Assembly (NCBI GenBank): GCA_007378985.1
Contig: VMHB01000005.1
Location: 9,235-73,234, forward strand
DNA from: Parcubacteria group bacterium Greene0714_7
Lineage (GTDB): Bacteria > Patescibacteriota > Minisyncoccia > Phycocordibacterales > Phycocordibacteraceae
DNA: 64,000 nucleotides
Reading direction: 5' to 3'
Positions 9,532-19,720 of the stretch are shown in pieces. The translations under genes were made by a program, and so were the position numbers. How positions within the stretch are numbered: position 1 is the first letter of the stretch; each line of letters starts with the position of its first letter. The notes under the pieces are model-generated. The model was not told the DNA's origin. It was given only the letters and a program-made list of their open reading frames with translations, and ran no database searches.

Positions 9532-12500
9532 ATGTCTTCGTTCTCCCACCTTTCCGCACACAGCCACTACAGCCTACTCGACGGCATTATTCAGATAGAT
9601 GCACTTGTAAGCTCAGCCATGTTCTTTGGCATGCCTGCGCTCGCACTAACTGACCACAATAACCTCTACGGTGCTATTGAGTTTTACAAAGCCTGCAAAC
9701 AGGCTGGGATCAAGCCTATCCTTGGTGTTGACGCAGACATCCTTATTGGTGACACTGAAGACCATATAATTTTTCTTGCAGAAAATAATGAAGGATATCA
9801 GCACCTCTTAAAGCTGGTATCTCACGCCTATCTTGATCTATCAAAAGAAACAGACGGAAACGCTCTACCAAAAGTAACTGCCGAGCACATACAAAAATAT
9901 GGCAAAGGTTTGATTGCACTCATTCCAGACACCGCACTCGTGCGACGAAATTCTGAAGCTCTTGTAGAAACACTTAGGCAAGGACTCGGAAAAGAAAATG
10001 TGTACGCACGCTTAGGATGGAATGGTGGCAGAGACCAACAAATCCGCATCGCTGGCATAGCAACAGCCCTTGCACTTCCTATGGTAGCTTCAGACGATTC
10101 TTACTATCTAAAATCCGAAGACCGACAAGCTCGCGACATCGTGCGAAGAATCGCAACACCAGGGATTACCGCAGACACTCGAGATCTTACTTTTTGTAGC
10201 GTTGAGAGTGCGCAAGAACATTATCGTGATTTTCCTGAAGCGCTTCTCAACACAGAAAAAATTGCCGAACGAATAACGGTAGATTTGAATTTAGGCTCAT
10301 GGCTTTTCCCGCGCTTCCCTATTCCTAAGGGAACAACATACGAGAGTGAATTAAAAGTTGCAATTGCAAAAGGTTTGATTGAACGAGGTATGGAAGCAAC
10401 TGAGGAGGTAACAAAGCGTATCGACTATGAACTTTCAATAATCACCGCAAAAGGCTTCGCACCCTATTTCCTCACCGTCGCCGACCTACTTTCGCATGCA
10501 CGAACTAACGGCATCCTCACTACCACTCGAGGTTCAGCTGCTGGCTCGTTAGTTTCATACCTCACTGGTATTACCAATGTTGACCCTATTAGCTACCGTT
10601 TGCCCTTTGAACGATTCTTGAACCCCGAGCGCCCATCAGCGCCCGACATCGACATGGACTTTGCAGACAATCGTCGTGACGAGATGCTGGTGTACGCAAA
10701 AGAGAAATACGGGGAAGAATGCGTGGCACAAATTGGTACCTTTGGCACCATGATGGCGCGCGCAGCGGTACGAGATGTCGCACGCGCACTTGGCTATCCC
10801 TACGGCGTGGGTGACAGAATTGCGAAACTCATTCCACTCGGCTCGCAAGGTTTTCCCATGACGCTTAAAAAAGCTCTGGAGATGGAAGACGAATTGAAGA
10901 AATTATACAAGTCTGACGAAGATGCTGAAATAATTATAAATACCGCAAAACAAGTTGAGGGTAACGCTCGGCATATTTCCATTCACGCAGCAGGTATAGT
11001 CATTGCGCCATCTGCAGTTTCTGACTTCGTGCCAGTACAATTTGAACCCTCAGGAAGTGCCATCATTACCCAATACGACATGCATGAAGTTGAAGATGCA
11101 GGTCTTTTGAAATTCGACTTTCTTGGACTCACCAACCTTTCAATTCTTGGCGATTCGGTTGAACGCGTAAAAATACGAAAAGGTGTAGAAGTTGATATTG
11201 AAAACATTCCGCTTGATGACGCAAAAACATTTGCCATGCTCGCCCGCGGAGAAACGGGGGGAGTATTTCAGCTTGGAGGCTCAGGTATGACGCATTACTT
11301 GAAAGATCTAAAGCCAACATCCATTCACGACATCAACGCCATGGTGGCTTTGTATCGCCCTGGACCGATGGAGTCAATTCCTCAATATATTGAACGAAAG
11401 CATAATCCTGCACTCGTCACCTACTTAGATCCTCGCATGAAAGACATTCTTGACCGCTCGTACGGCATCATCACCTATCAAGACGATGTGCTCCTTATTG
11501 CTATTCATCTCGCAGGATACACATGGCTGGAAGCAGACCAACTCCGCAAAGCCATGGGTAAAAAAATTCCTGTAGAAATGGAAGCGCAAAAGGAAAAATT
11601 TATTCAAGGATGCGTTGAAAAAGGAAAAATACAAAAAACAAAAGCAGAAAGCTTGTGGAAGTTGATTGAGCCATTTGCAGCATACGGCTTCAACAAAGGC
11701 CATGCTGCATCATACGGAAAAGTTGCCTATCAAACGGCATACATGAAGGCAAATCATCCCGAAGATTACATGGCATCACTCTTGTCGGCTGACTCTGGAG
11801 ACACCGAACGCATCGCTGATGATGTTGCTGAATGTGAACGAATTGGCATTAGGGTGTTACCTCCCGACATAAATGAATCATATGAATCATTTACTGTTAT
11901 TGCCCATGGAATGATTCGCTTCGGACTCTCAACAATAAAAAACTTCGGCGAAGGCGCAGCAAAAACAATTATTGAGGAGCGCACACGCGGAGGAAAATTT
12001 ACCTCGATAGGAGACGTGCTGTCTCGAGTTCCTGGAAGCATTATCAACCGCAGAGCCTTGGAGTCCCTTATAAAATGCGGTGTCTTTGATGCATTCAACA
12101 ATCGGGGGATCTTACTTGCGAACATTGAAAAACTACTCCTTTTTGCAAAAGATGCTGGCGCAACATCCGCAGGACAAGACTCTTTATTTGGAACAATGGT
12201 ACGGCACACCGATATCGCACTTGATCCAGCTCGCGCGCTTTCGCAAATTGAAATGCTCAATTCAGAAAAAGAACTCTTAGGTATTTATGTATCCGGACAT
12301 CCGCTCGATCAATTTAAAGCTGAACTTGCAAAATATCCCCACTCAATTAAATTCGCCCGTGCAGAAGAGAGAAATGGCTATCCACTCACCGTGTGTGGTG
12401 TTATTGAAAGTATAAAAACGATTCTCACCAAAAAGGGTGACAAAATGGCATTTATCACTATCAGTGATAAAGACGGATTTATAGAAACAGTAGCGTTCCC

Positions 12501-12624
12501 TGAGGTCTACAAAACAAACGCTAGCGTGCTAGTGGAAGGCACATGCATACTCTTTAAAGGCAAGCTATCAAAGCGAAACGGCGAACCTTCAGTGTTAATC
12601 GATAAAGTGAAAGCACTGAGTTAG
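9532..12624 (+). CDS. dnaE: DNA polymerase III alpha subunit (1030 aa, compact)
   Basis: PHP domain HLSAHSHYSLLDGI; polymerase core motifs; OB-fold C-terminus. Confidence 0.9.
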   Translation: MSSFSHLSAHSHYSLLDGIIQIDALVSSAMFFGMPALALTDHNNLYGAIEFYKACKQAGIKPILGVDADILIGDTEDHIIFLAENNEGYQHLLKLVSHAYLDLSKETDGNALPKVTAEHIQKYGKGLIALIPDTALVRRNSEALVETLRQGLGKENVYARLGWNGGRDQQIRIAGIATALALPMVASDDSYYLKSEDRQARDIVRRIATPGITADTRDLTFCSVESAQEHYRDFPEALLNTEKIAERITVDLNLGSWLFPRFPIPKGTTYESELKVAIAKGLIERGMEATEEVTKRIDYELSIITAKGFAPYFLTVADLLSHARTNGILTTTRGSAAGSLVSYLTGITNVDPISYRLPFERFLNPERPSAPDIDMDFADNRRDEMLVYAKEKYGEECVAQIGTFGTMMARAAVRDVARALGYPYGVGDRIAKLIPLGSQGFPMTLKKALEMEDELKKLYKSDEDAEIIINTAKQVEGNARHISIHAAGIVIAPSAVSDFVPVQFEPSGSAIITQYDMHEVEDAGLLKFDFLGLTNLSILGDSVERVKIRKGVEVDIENIPLDDAKTFAMLARGETGGVFQLGGSGMTHYLKDLKPTSIHDINAMVALYRPGPMESIPQYIERKHNPALVTYLDPRMKDILDRSYGIITYQDDVLLIAIHLAGYTWLEADQLRKAMGKKIPVEMEAQKEKFIQGCVEKGKIQKTKAESLWKLIEPFAAYGFNKGHAASYGKVAYQTAYMKANHPEDYMASLLSADSGDTERIADDVAECERIGIRVLPPDINESYESFTVIAHGMIRFGLSTIKNFGEGAAKTIIEERTRGGKFTSIGDVLSRVPGSIINRRALESLIKCGVFDAFNNRGILLANIEKLLLFAKDAGATSAGQDSLFGTMVRHTDIALDPARALSQIEMLNSEKELLGIYVSGHPLDQFKAELAKYPHSIKFARAEERNGYPLTVCGVIESIKTILTKKGDKMAFITISDKDGFIETVAFPEVYKTNASVLVEGTCILFKGKLSKRNGEPSVLIDKVKALS

Positions 12625-12706
12625 GTTATAGCTTCTAGGTGCTAGGTTCTAGGTTTAAATTCAGCATCCGAAAAGCTAGCACCTAGAAGCTAGTCCCTAG
12701 AACCTG
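12621..12706 (+). repeat. inverted pair of 7-bp-periodic TAGGT/TAGCT arrays flanking an 18-nt spacer, between dnaE and thrS
   Basis: ttaggttatagcttctaggtgctaggttctaggttt ... gctagcacctagaagctagtccctagaacctg. Confidence 0.6.
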
Positions 12707-12728
12707 CCCTCTGTGGTATATTTTCAAA

Positions 12729-14474
12729 ATGCCTCAGGAACTTGAATACAAGCGCCATACTCTTGCCCATCTTATGGCAGCAGCGATTATGAATATCTGG
12801 CCTGACGCTAAGCGTACTATTGGCCCTGCTATAGATGACGGATTTTATTTTGATTTTGAATTTAGAGCCCCCCTTTCTGAAAAGGATTTCACTAAGATTG
12901 AGAAGGAGATGCGCAAACTCTTGCCGAGCTGGAAAGCCTTTGAACGATCTGAACTTACTCGAGACGAAGCAAAAAAAGAATATCCCGGAAACCCTTACAA
13001 ACATGAACTGATAGACGAGTTTACTGCCGACGGCTCTAAGGTAAGTTTCTACAAGTCAGGCGAATACTCTGACCTCTGCCGTGGAGGACATGTTGAAAAC
13101 CCAAGTATTGATATCAAACCTGATTCTTTCAAGCTCGATCGCATTGCAGGAGCATATTGGCGTGGCGATGAGAAAAATCCAATGTTAACTCGCATCTACG
13201 CACTCGCATTCGACACAAAAGAAGACCTCGAAGCGTATTTGGTACGACGTGAAGAAGCTAAAAAGCGTGACCATCGAAAAATTGCACGAGAGCAAGGACT
13301 TCTCGTTTTTTCTGATCTTGTTGGTTCAGGCATGCCACTCTTCACACCAAAAGGAAATATCATCCGATCCGAGATAATCAATCTTTCGCGCGAACTTAAT
13401 GATGAACTCGGATTTGGTGAAGTGCATACACCAAATATGAATAAGGGTGAGCTATTCAAAATTTCTGGCCACTATGACAAATACAAAGAGGACATGCTCC
13501 AAGTTGAGTCTCAGTATGTTGAAGACGAGATGTTCTTAAAGCCAATGAACTGCCCACAGCACACGCAAATTTATGCCGCGCAGCCTCGCAGTTACCGTGA
13601 CCTTCCTACTCGCTACAGCGACTTTGCTGTTCTCTATCGTGACGAACGCCCTGGTGAGCTTTCAGGGTTAACACGACTTCGTGCATTCTCACAAGACGAT
13701 GGACACATCTTTTGTCGAGAAGACCAAGTAGAAGAAGAAATATCTAATGTACTCAATGCGATCCAAAAGATTTTAAAAATTTACCAGATTGATTACTGGA
13801 TGCGCCTTTCGCTCCGCGACCCAGCTAAAAAAGAAAAGTACCTCGGGGGTGATGAGGTATGGGAAAAATCTGAGCCAATAATGCGCACACTCTTACAGAA
13901 AAAAGAAATTAACTTCAAAGAAGCTGTAGGAGACGCTGCGTTTTATGGCCCAAAGATAGACATTATGGCAGTTGATGCAATTGGCCGTGAGTGGCAGATT
14001 TCAACAATTCAACTCGACTTCAACATGCCTGGGCGCTTTGAGCTCGCCTACATGGACAAAGATGGAGTAGAAAAAACTCCCGTCATGATTCACCGAGCAC
14101 TCATAGGCTCTCCTGACAGATTCATGGGAGTACTTATTGAGCACTATGCTGGGGCATTTCCTCTCTGGCTTTCACCCATACAAGTCAAAGTGCTTCCTAT
14201 TTCTGAAAAACACAATGAGTACGGACACAAAGTTCTTGCTGAGCTAAAGACTGCAGGAATTCGAGCTGAAATTGACGATGCCAATGAGTCGCTCGGCAAA
14301 AAAATCCGCAATGCAAAAAAAGAAAAAACTCCCTACCTTTTTGTGGTGGGAGATAAAGAAGTTGAGGAAGGCACTGTGTCTGTAGAAAACCGCACAACCT
14401 CAGGAGGTACAAAGCCACTCAAAGAAGTTATTGCTTTCCTCTCACAACAAATCTCTTCTCGCGCTAGTGACTAA
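12729..14474 (+). CDS. thrS: threonyl-tRNA synthetase (lacks N-terminal TGS extension)
   Basis: 581 aa; class II aaRS core with HRKIAREQGLLVFSD, MNCPQH, anticodon-binding C-term. Confidence 0.9.
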   Translation: MPQELEYKRHTLAHLMAAAIMNIWPDAKRTIGPAIDDGFYFDFEFRAPLSEKDFTKIEKEMRKLLPSWKAFERSELTRDEAKKEYPGNPYKHELIDEFTADGSKVSFYKSGEYSDLCRGGHVENPSIDIKPDSFKLDRIAGAYWRGDEKNPMLTRIYALAFDTKEDLEAYLVRREEAKKRDHRKIAREQGLLVFSDLVGSGMPLFTPKGNIIRSEIINLSRELNDELGFGEVHTPNMNKGELFKISGHYDKYKEDMLQVESQYVEDEMFLKPMNCPQHTQIYAAQPRSYRDLPTRYSDFAVLYRDERPGELSGLTRLRAFSQDDGHIFCREDQVEEEISNVLNAIQKILKIYQIDYWMRLSLRDPAKKEKYLGGDEVWEKSEPIMRTLLQKKEINFKEAVGDAAFYGPKIDIMAVDAIGREWQISTIQLDFNMPGRFELAYMDKDGVEKTPVMIHRALIGSPDRFMGVLIEHYAGAFPLWLSPIQVKVLPISEKHNEYGHKVLAELKTAGIRAEIDDANESLGKKIRNAKKEKTPYLFVVGDKEVEEGTVSVENRTTSGGTKPLKEVIAFLSQQISSRASD

Positions 14475-14536
14475 CCAGAGTCTCACCTGGGTCTCATTTA
14501 GAATGTAACGCGGGAGACTAAAAAATTATCATGTGA

Positions 14537-14564
14537 CTCCATATACGATATATCGTATATGGAG
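14537..14564 (+). repeat. 28-nt perfect palindrome ctccATATACGATATATCGTATATggag (copy 1 of 3)
   Basis: Read directly; the same 20-nt core recurs at ~35251 and ~35691. Confidence 0.7.
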
Positions 14565-14726
14565 TGAGCTACTGTGTGCTGTTGCCATATACGAACCTAT
14601 CGCAACGATAATTCTCTGTATGATATATCATACAGAGAATTCATTTCACTATAGTGAAAATCCCCCACATGGGAGACACACGATGTCTGCCATGACTATC
14701 CCTGTGCACCGGAGGTTGCACAGGGA

Positions 14727-14897
14727 TTAGTAAGGGGAACTGGCTCCAATTTTTTTCAGAAATTCTTCTACCGCAGCCTTGGGAGCTCGGCTTATAAAGT
14801 CTAGGAAGTCTGCGTACCTACTACTCCCCTTACCAAGACCCCACCAGACATTTACTAGTTGCTCTTGAGTTACTGGTTTAGGAGTTTCTTGTGTCAT
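14727..14897 (-). CDS. hypothetical 56-aa protein (MTQETPKPVTQEQLVNVWWGLGKGSSRYADFLDFISRAPKAAVEEFLKKIGASSPY)
   Basis: Hand translation; stop followed immediately by a perfect 10-bp hairpin; below ORF-track cutoff. Confidence 0.2.
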   Translation of the reverse strand: MTQETPKPVTQEQLVNVWWGLGKGSSRYADFLDFISRAPKAAVEEFLKKIGASSPY

Positions 14898-15165
14898 ATT
14901 GTTTTTATGTATTTATACTAAACCCAGATGTAGCACAAAATCTTAATGGGTTTTAGAAAGGTAAATTTCTTCCTGTTTCTTTTCTGAATTCATCTCTTGC
15001 CTTCCGTTGATCATTAGTAGAGAGTCGATAAAACGGATCTGCTAAATCTGTATCTCTGAGAGCACCCTCAAGCACTAGATCAAGAATCTCTAAGAAATAA
15101 GTCCAAACACTTATTATTTTCTCTCCCTTATGTATCTGCCCCATAAAGAATAATTATCTTTTTTA

Positions 15166-16341
15166 TTAGCCAACAACCTCAAAGGCTTGAGCGAGAGCGA
15201 GCTTCACACCAGTAAATGGTGAAGCGTATACAGTGTCGAGAGAGTGCGTGAAGATGTTCACCAAGTGTGCAAGTTGCTCATCTGAGAGATGCGTTGCAGC
15301 ATCTGCAAGAGAGACATCAACAGCAGGACGGCTGTCTCTACGAGTGCGATACAGAGTATCGAGGGCAACAGCTGTTGAAGTCATGAGTGCAGTTGGACTC
15401 ATTCCGTCATGCTCAAAAGAACGCATAACACTGAAGGCAACATCGCGGTTACCTGAAACAACAGCGCTAGCAAACTGAGATGCGGCAACACTATCAACTG
15501 GACTCTTAACTACTACATCTATCGGAGCACCGACTGGTGTAGCAATTGGGAATGCAGAAGCCGTTGGAGGAGCGATACTTACACCCTGATCCATATTTCT
15601 AAGATCAGCAAAACGATCAGTGGTAAGCATAACCCAACCATTTTCTCGAGGAATTGTACGCACCGCTTCATTCAAGATATTTCCAAACACACGAAGTGAT
15701 TCTGCTCTGTCTGTTGAGATCGAAGTTGCGAGGGTGACTGCTTCTGGCGACATTAATACACCGGCTGCGTGTGCGCGAGATTCAATGACATCAGCAATGT
15801 TTGGAATACCATCAATTGCAGGTGCTGGCGAGCGTGCAGGTGCAACTGGAGCAACGGCTGTAAACAAATGTTCAACAGGGATAGATACCTCTTCTGTTTT
15901 TGTAGGTGACACAGCGCGTGCCTGATGCATTACTAAAGCATCAGGAGTTGGATACGGAGTTCCGTATACCTCCTCGCGTGCATGTTCATGTCTTTCAGCC
16001 GGAGTTTCTGGTCGAGCATGAGGAGTGGTGTTTGTATATCCCATCACAAATCTAATACCTCGTTTCCCCGCCACGATATATGCAATAAGTGCAGAGAAAA
16101 GTCCTATAGCAAGCCAGAAGAAAAAGGTAAGTGCTGGTCCTGCATCAAACCCAGTATATGGAATCTGTGAAAGCGAGATGAATGCCAACGGTTGATTGGA
16201 TGGTTGCTTATAGAGAACAACATTAGGAGGGTTGAGTCCCCCACCACAGTTACTGGTACAACCCGTAGGAGCGACCGTCACAGTCTTTTGACATGACACT
16301 GTGCCCAATATAGGTTGTATCGGATGGTGGGAACAGCTCAA
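15166..16341 (-). CDS. C-terminal part of the Ig-repeat surface protein (frameshifted continuation of 16250..18886), holding an IPYTG sorting-signal-like segment, a TM helix, KRGIR, and ~300 aa downstream
   Basis: N-term QKTVTVAPTGCTS continues the repeat pattern of the upstream ORF; QIPYTGF + 20 hydrophobic residues + KRGIR resembles an LPXTG cell-wall sorting signal. Confidence 0.5.
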   Translation of the reverse strand: MSCSHHPIQPILGTVSCQKTVTVAPTGCTSNCGGGLNPPNVVLYKQPSNQPLAFISLSQIPYTGFDAGPALTFFFWLAIGLFSALIAYIVAGKRGIRFVMGYTNTTPHARPETPAERHEHAREEVYGTPYPTPDALVMHQARAVSPTKTEEVSIPVEHLFTAVAPVAPARSPAPAIDGIPNIADVIESRAHAAGVLMSPEAVTLATSISTDRAESLRVFGNILNEAVRTIPRENGWVMLTTDRFADLRNMDQGVSIAPPTASAFPIATPVGAPIDVVVKSPVDSVAASQFASAVVSGNRDVAFSVMRSFEHDGMSPTALMTSTAVALDTLYRTRRDSRPAVDVSLADAATHLSDEQLAHLVNIFTHSLDTVYASPFTGVKLALAQAFEVVG

Positions 16342-18886
16342 TGGAGCCTCCCGAAACTGGGCTCACTGAACCTATTCCTCCAGTTATAGAACCACTTGTG
16401 GCATTAACTGATGTCCATGAAACAGTAACACTTTCACCTGTCCTTATTGAAGACCGAGAAACTGAAATCGTACATGCAGGTCCTGGGGTGGTGACTGTAA
16501 TAGTTGTCTGACAAGTATTGATTCCACCGAATGGGCTTGTTACTGTCATCGTGTAGGTAACAGTGCTCGAAACAGATACTGCAGTTGCCCCTGAAATAAC
16601 TGGAGTCACTGCACCAACACCGTGGTCAATCGAAGCCACGAGTGCATTGGTTGTTGTCCATGAAAGCGCTGACGCATCACCCGCATTCACAGACGAAGGT
16701 GTAGCAGTCAAAGTACATGCAGGTGTTGCAGGTGGTGTTACGACAACTGTCTGCTGACAGGTAACAGTTCCACCTGGACCCGTTGCGGTAAGTGCATAGG
16801 TGGTAGAAGAAGTTGGCGAAACTGATTGAGAACTATTTGCGGTCACTGTGCCGATACCCTGAGTTATAACAACAGAAGTAGCGTTCGTTGTAGTCCAAGA
16901 CAATACTGATGAACCTCCTGGAGCAATGGTTGTTGGGTTTGCATTCAGCGTACAGGTAGGAGCAGGGTTTGGTGTTACGGTAACATTCACGCCACAAAGC
17001 ACCGTACCTCCAGGACCCGTTGCGGTGAGACTATAGGTATGTGTGCCGACACCAAGCGCTGGAACAAAGTTGTAGAAACCTGAGAGTGCCAAGGGTGTTG
17101 GAATTGTAGGTGACGCAGTTGTTGGAATAATGGTAACGGAAGTTGCATTCGTTGTAGTCCAACTAATTTGATCCTTTGATAAGTCGAGCGAACACACCGG
17201 CATTGGTGAGACAGTGACAGTAATTATTTTTTGACAGGTAACTGTTCCACCAGGGCCTGTTGCGGTAAGAACATACGTTGTCGTTGAAGACGGACTCACA
17301 CTTCTCGAACCATTCGTTGCAACCGCACCAACGCCTGGTGCAATGCTTACTGAAGTTGCATTTGCGGTCGTCCACGAGAGTGTTGCAGACGCCCCGGAAA
17401 GAATAGTTGAGGCTGATGCAGTAAGACTACATGTTGGTGGAGGATTTGCTGAAACTGTAATTGTCTTTTGACAAGTAACAGTACCTCCTGCGCCCGTTGC
17501 CGTAAGCGTGTATGTCTTTGTAACAGTAGGCGAAATAGTGACTGAGCCATTGGCAGTAGAAAGCGAACCAACACCTTGATCAATAGAGAATGTAGTTGCA
17601 TTTGCTGTCGTCCACGAAAGTATCGAGGAAGCACCAGTAATAATAGAAGCTGGGTTGGCATCAAGAGTACAGGCCGGAGTAGAAGGCGGTGGGTCAATAT
17701 GGATAGTACCGATACAAATAACTATTCCTCCAGCACCTGTTGCAGTGAGCGTATACGAATGAGTACCTACGCCAAGATTGGGATTAAAATTATATGAACC
17801 GTTTAATGCAGGTGAAGGAACAGTCGGTGACCCTGTGGTCGACACAAGTGTAAGTGAGGTTGCATTCGTCGTTGTCCAAGAAATAGAGGTCGGAGAAAAA
17901 TCCAACATACATACTGGCGGTGGTGGTGGAATAACGGTAATTCCTTGCGCACACGTAACCGTGCCACCAGGGCCCGTTGCCGTAAGCGTATAGACTGTTG
18001 AAGTCGTTGGCGAAACAGATGTTGAACCTGAAGTCGCTACCCCACCAATACCCTGATTGATTGAAATAGATGTTGCATTAGTTGTAGTCCACGAAAGAGT
18101 CGAAGACCCACCACCTGTAATAGAGGTTGGATTGGCACTCAAGGTACAAGTCGGTGCAGGTTCTGGTGTAATCGTTACCGTCACTGCACACAGTACTGTT
18201 CCACCAGGACCCGTCGCAACGAGATTATACGAATGTGTACCGGAACCAAGCGGAGGAACAAAGTTGTAAGAGCCTGAAAGTCCATAGGGACCCGGAACTA
18301 CGGGAGAGCCTGCTGTAATTGTATTGATAGTTACTGATGTTGCATTAGTGGTGCTCCAAATGAGGTGATCTTTAGAAAGATCAGCGGAACAAACAGGGGT
18401 CGGTGGCACAATAACAACAACAGTTTGATCGCAAATCACTGTGCCATGCGAGCCAGTACCTCTGAGTGTGTAGGTAGTTGTCACTGAAGGAGCAATCAAT
18501 GTAGAGCCGTTCGTAGCAACAGATCCGACTCCATTATCAATGGAGACTGAAGTTACACCAGATGTAATCCAAGAAAGCGTCACACCTTGCCCTGGGCCAA
18601 CAGGATTTCCGCTGACACTAAGGACGCATGATGGAGAATAGCTACCGCCACCACCGCCTCCCCCTCCGCCACCACCGCCGTCTCGCTGTACCGTATAGTT
18701 CCAAACCCAAGAGCCATGACCACAACCACCACAACCTCCTGCAGCATCTGCAGTAATGGAGCTTGTATCAAAAGATATCTGTAGGGCATCAATAGAAAAC
18801 CATGCGCCAGCAAAAACCGCGATACTCGCAAGGATGATGAATGCAGTTTTTTGTACAATACTTGGTTTCATAATGATGTTATTCAT
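16250..18886 (-). CDS. secreted surface protein with signal peptide, poly-Gly tract, and ~9 tandem ~90-aa Ig-like repeats (...LSWTTTNATS...TVTCQKTITV...)
   Basis: 878 aa; hydrophobic N-terminus; periodic repeats; overlaps the next ORF by 92 nt in another frame, suggesting a frameshift. Confidence 0.6.
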   Translation of the reverse strand: MNNIIMKPSIVQKTAFIILASIAVFAGAWFSIDALQISFDTSSITADAAGGCGGCGHGSWVWNYTVQRDGGGGGGGGGGGGSYSPSCVLSVSGNPVGPGQGVTLSWITSGVTSVSIDNGVGSVATNGSTLIAPSVTTTYTLRGTGSHGTVICDQTVVVIVPPTPVCSADLSKDHLIWSTTNATSVTINTITAGSPVVPGPYGLSGSYNFVPPLGSGTHSYNLVATGPGGTVLCAVTVTITPEPAPTCTLSANPTSITGGGSSTLSWTTTNATSISINQGIGGVATSGSTSVSPTTSTVYTLTATGPGGTVTCAQGITVIPPPPPVCMLDFSPTSISWTTTNATSLTLVSTTGSPTVPSPALNGSYNFNPNLGVGTHSYTLTATGAGGIVICIGTIHIDPPPSTPACTLDANPASIITGASSILSWTTANATTFSIDQGVGSLSTANGSVTISPTVTKTYTLTATGAGGTVTCQKTITVSANPPPTCSLTASASTILSGASATLSWTTANATSVSIAPGVGAVATNGSRSVSPSSTTTYVLTATGPGGTVTCQKIITVTVSPMPVCSLDLSKDQISWTTTNATSVTIIPTTASPTIPTPLALSGFYNFVPALGVGTHTYSLTATGPGGTVLCGVNVTVTPNPAPTCTLNANPTTIAPGGSSVLSWTTTNATSVVITQGIGTVTANSSQSVSPTSSTTYALTATGPGGTVTCQQTVVVTPPATPACTLTATPSSVNAGDASALSWTTTNALVASIDHGVGAVTPVISGATAVSVSSTVTYTMTVTSPFGGINTCQTTITVTTPGPACTISVSRSSIRTGESVTVSWTSVNATSGSITGGIGSVSPVSGGSIELFPPSDTTYIGHSVMSKDCDGRSYGLYQ

Positions 18887-18895
18887 AAAAATTAA

Positions 18896-19675
18896 TTAAA
18901 CGCGTGTGATGCTAATGGGTTCTTCGAAAGTAAACTCTGCTTCAACGACATAACGTTTTGTTTTTTGTTTACCAAACGAATCGCAGGTAACCAAAGTAAG
19001 AGTTCTTGCCCCACCACCAATCTGTATTTCGGCATCACCTGCATCAACATATGAAATTGAAGTCACGCGATAGTGATAGTTAGTAGTTGCCGACGATACA
19101 ATCACATCATCTCCCGCACGAACATTTTGCAAACTGTTAAATGCCTTGAACGCCTGATTCTTCACCACTGGTAAATAACTTTGATGTCCAAAAATAAGCA
19201 TGGGAGCATTCTCGCCAAGGAGTGCTGAGGTAGGATAACGGACTGCACCTTTAAGAAGTGCGGTATCGAGCCCACTCACCGTAGTGGTGTTTGGGTTATT
19301 GACTGGAGTATCAATACCAACTTTCGGTATCGTAACTCTGAGTGGTGCATTAGTATCAGAGGCGTATGCAATTGTGTGTGCCACTGGAGCTACAGTATTT
19401 TTAGTGGCACTCAGAGATTCCGTAGTACGGATTGGCTCTGAGGCACTCAAAGTAACTACAGAAGCCTCTGCAACGCTTGCGGTATTACTTGAAGTTGGAG
19501 ATTCTGGAACAAAATCAATTGCAAAAAGAAACACCGATACAACAAAAAACACAATCAGAAAGATTGCAAGAAACTCCCACGGCCGTGAGGTTATTCGTCT
19601 ATGTTTCGGAGTGTCATTTTTAATCATAGTGAAAAAATCATTTGTTCCGAAAGCTGTTGCAGTGCCTTGGGTCAT
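18896..19675 (-). CDS. sortase family transpeptidase
   Basis: 259 aa; N-terminal TM; LIFGHQSY...; TLVTCDSF with catalytic Cys in the TLxTC signature. Confidence 0.8.
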   Translation of the reverse strand: MTQGTATAFGTNDFFTMIKNDTPKHRRITSRPWEFLAIFLIVFFVVSVFLFAIDFVPESPTSSNTASVAEASVVTLSASEPIRTTESLSATKNTVAPVAHTIAYASDTNAPLRVTIPKVGIDTPVNNPNTTTVSGLDTALLKGAVRYPTSALLGENAPMLIFGHQSYLPVVKNQAFKAFNSLQNVRAGDDVIVSSATTNYHYRVTSISYVDAGDAEIQIGGGARTLTLVTCDSFGKQKTKRYVVEAEFTFEEPISITRV

Positions 19676-19720
19676 GTTCTTTCATAATACATCACAAATC
19701 TAGATTTGTCAAATCACTCA

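Noticed and set aside
14533-14730. 65-aa plus-strand ORF across the palindrome-dense region after thrS
   Set aside because: Its reading frame is built from palindromes and hairpins. The structure suggests regulatory or structured DNA/RNA, not protein.
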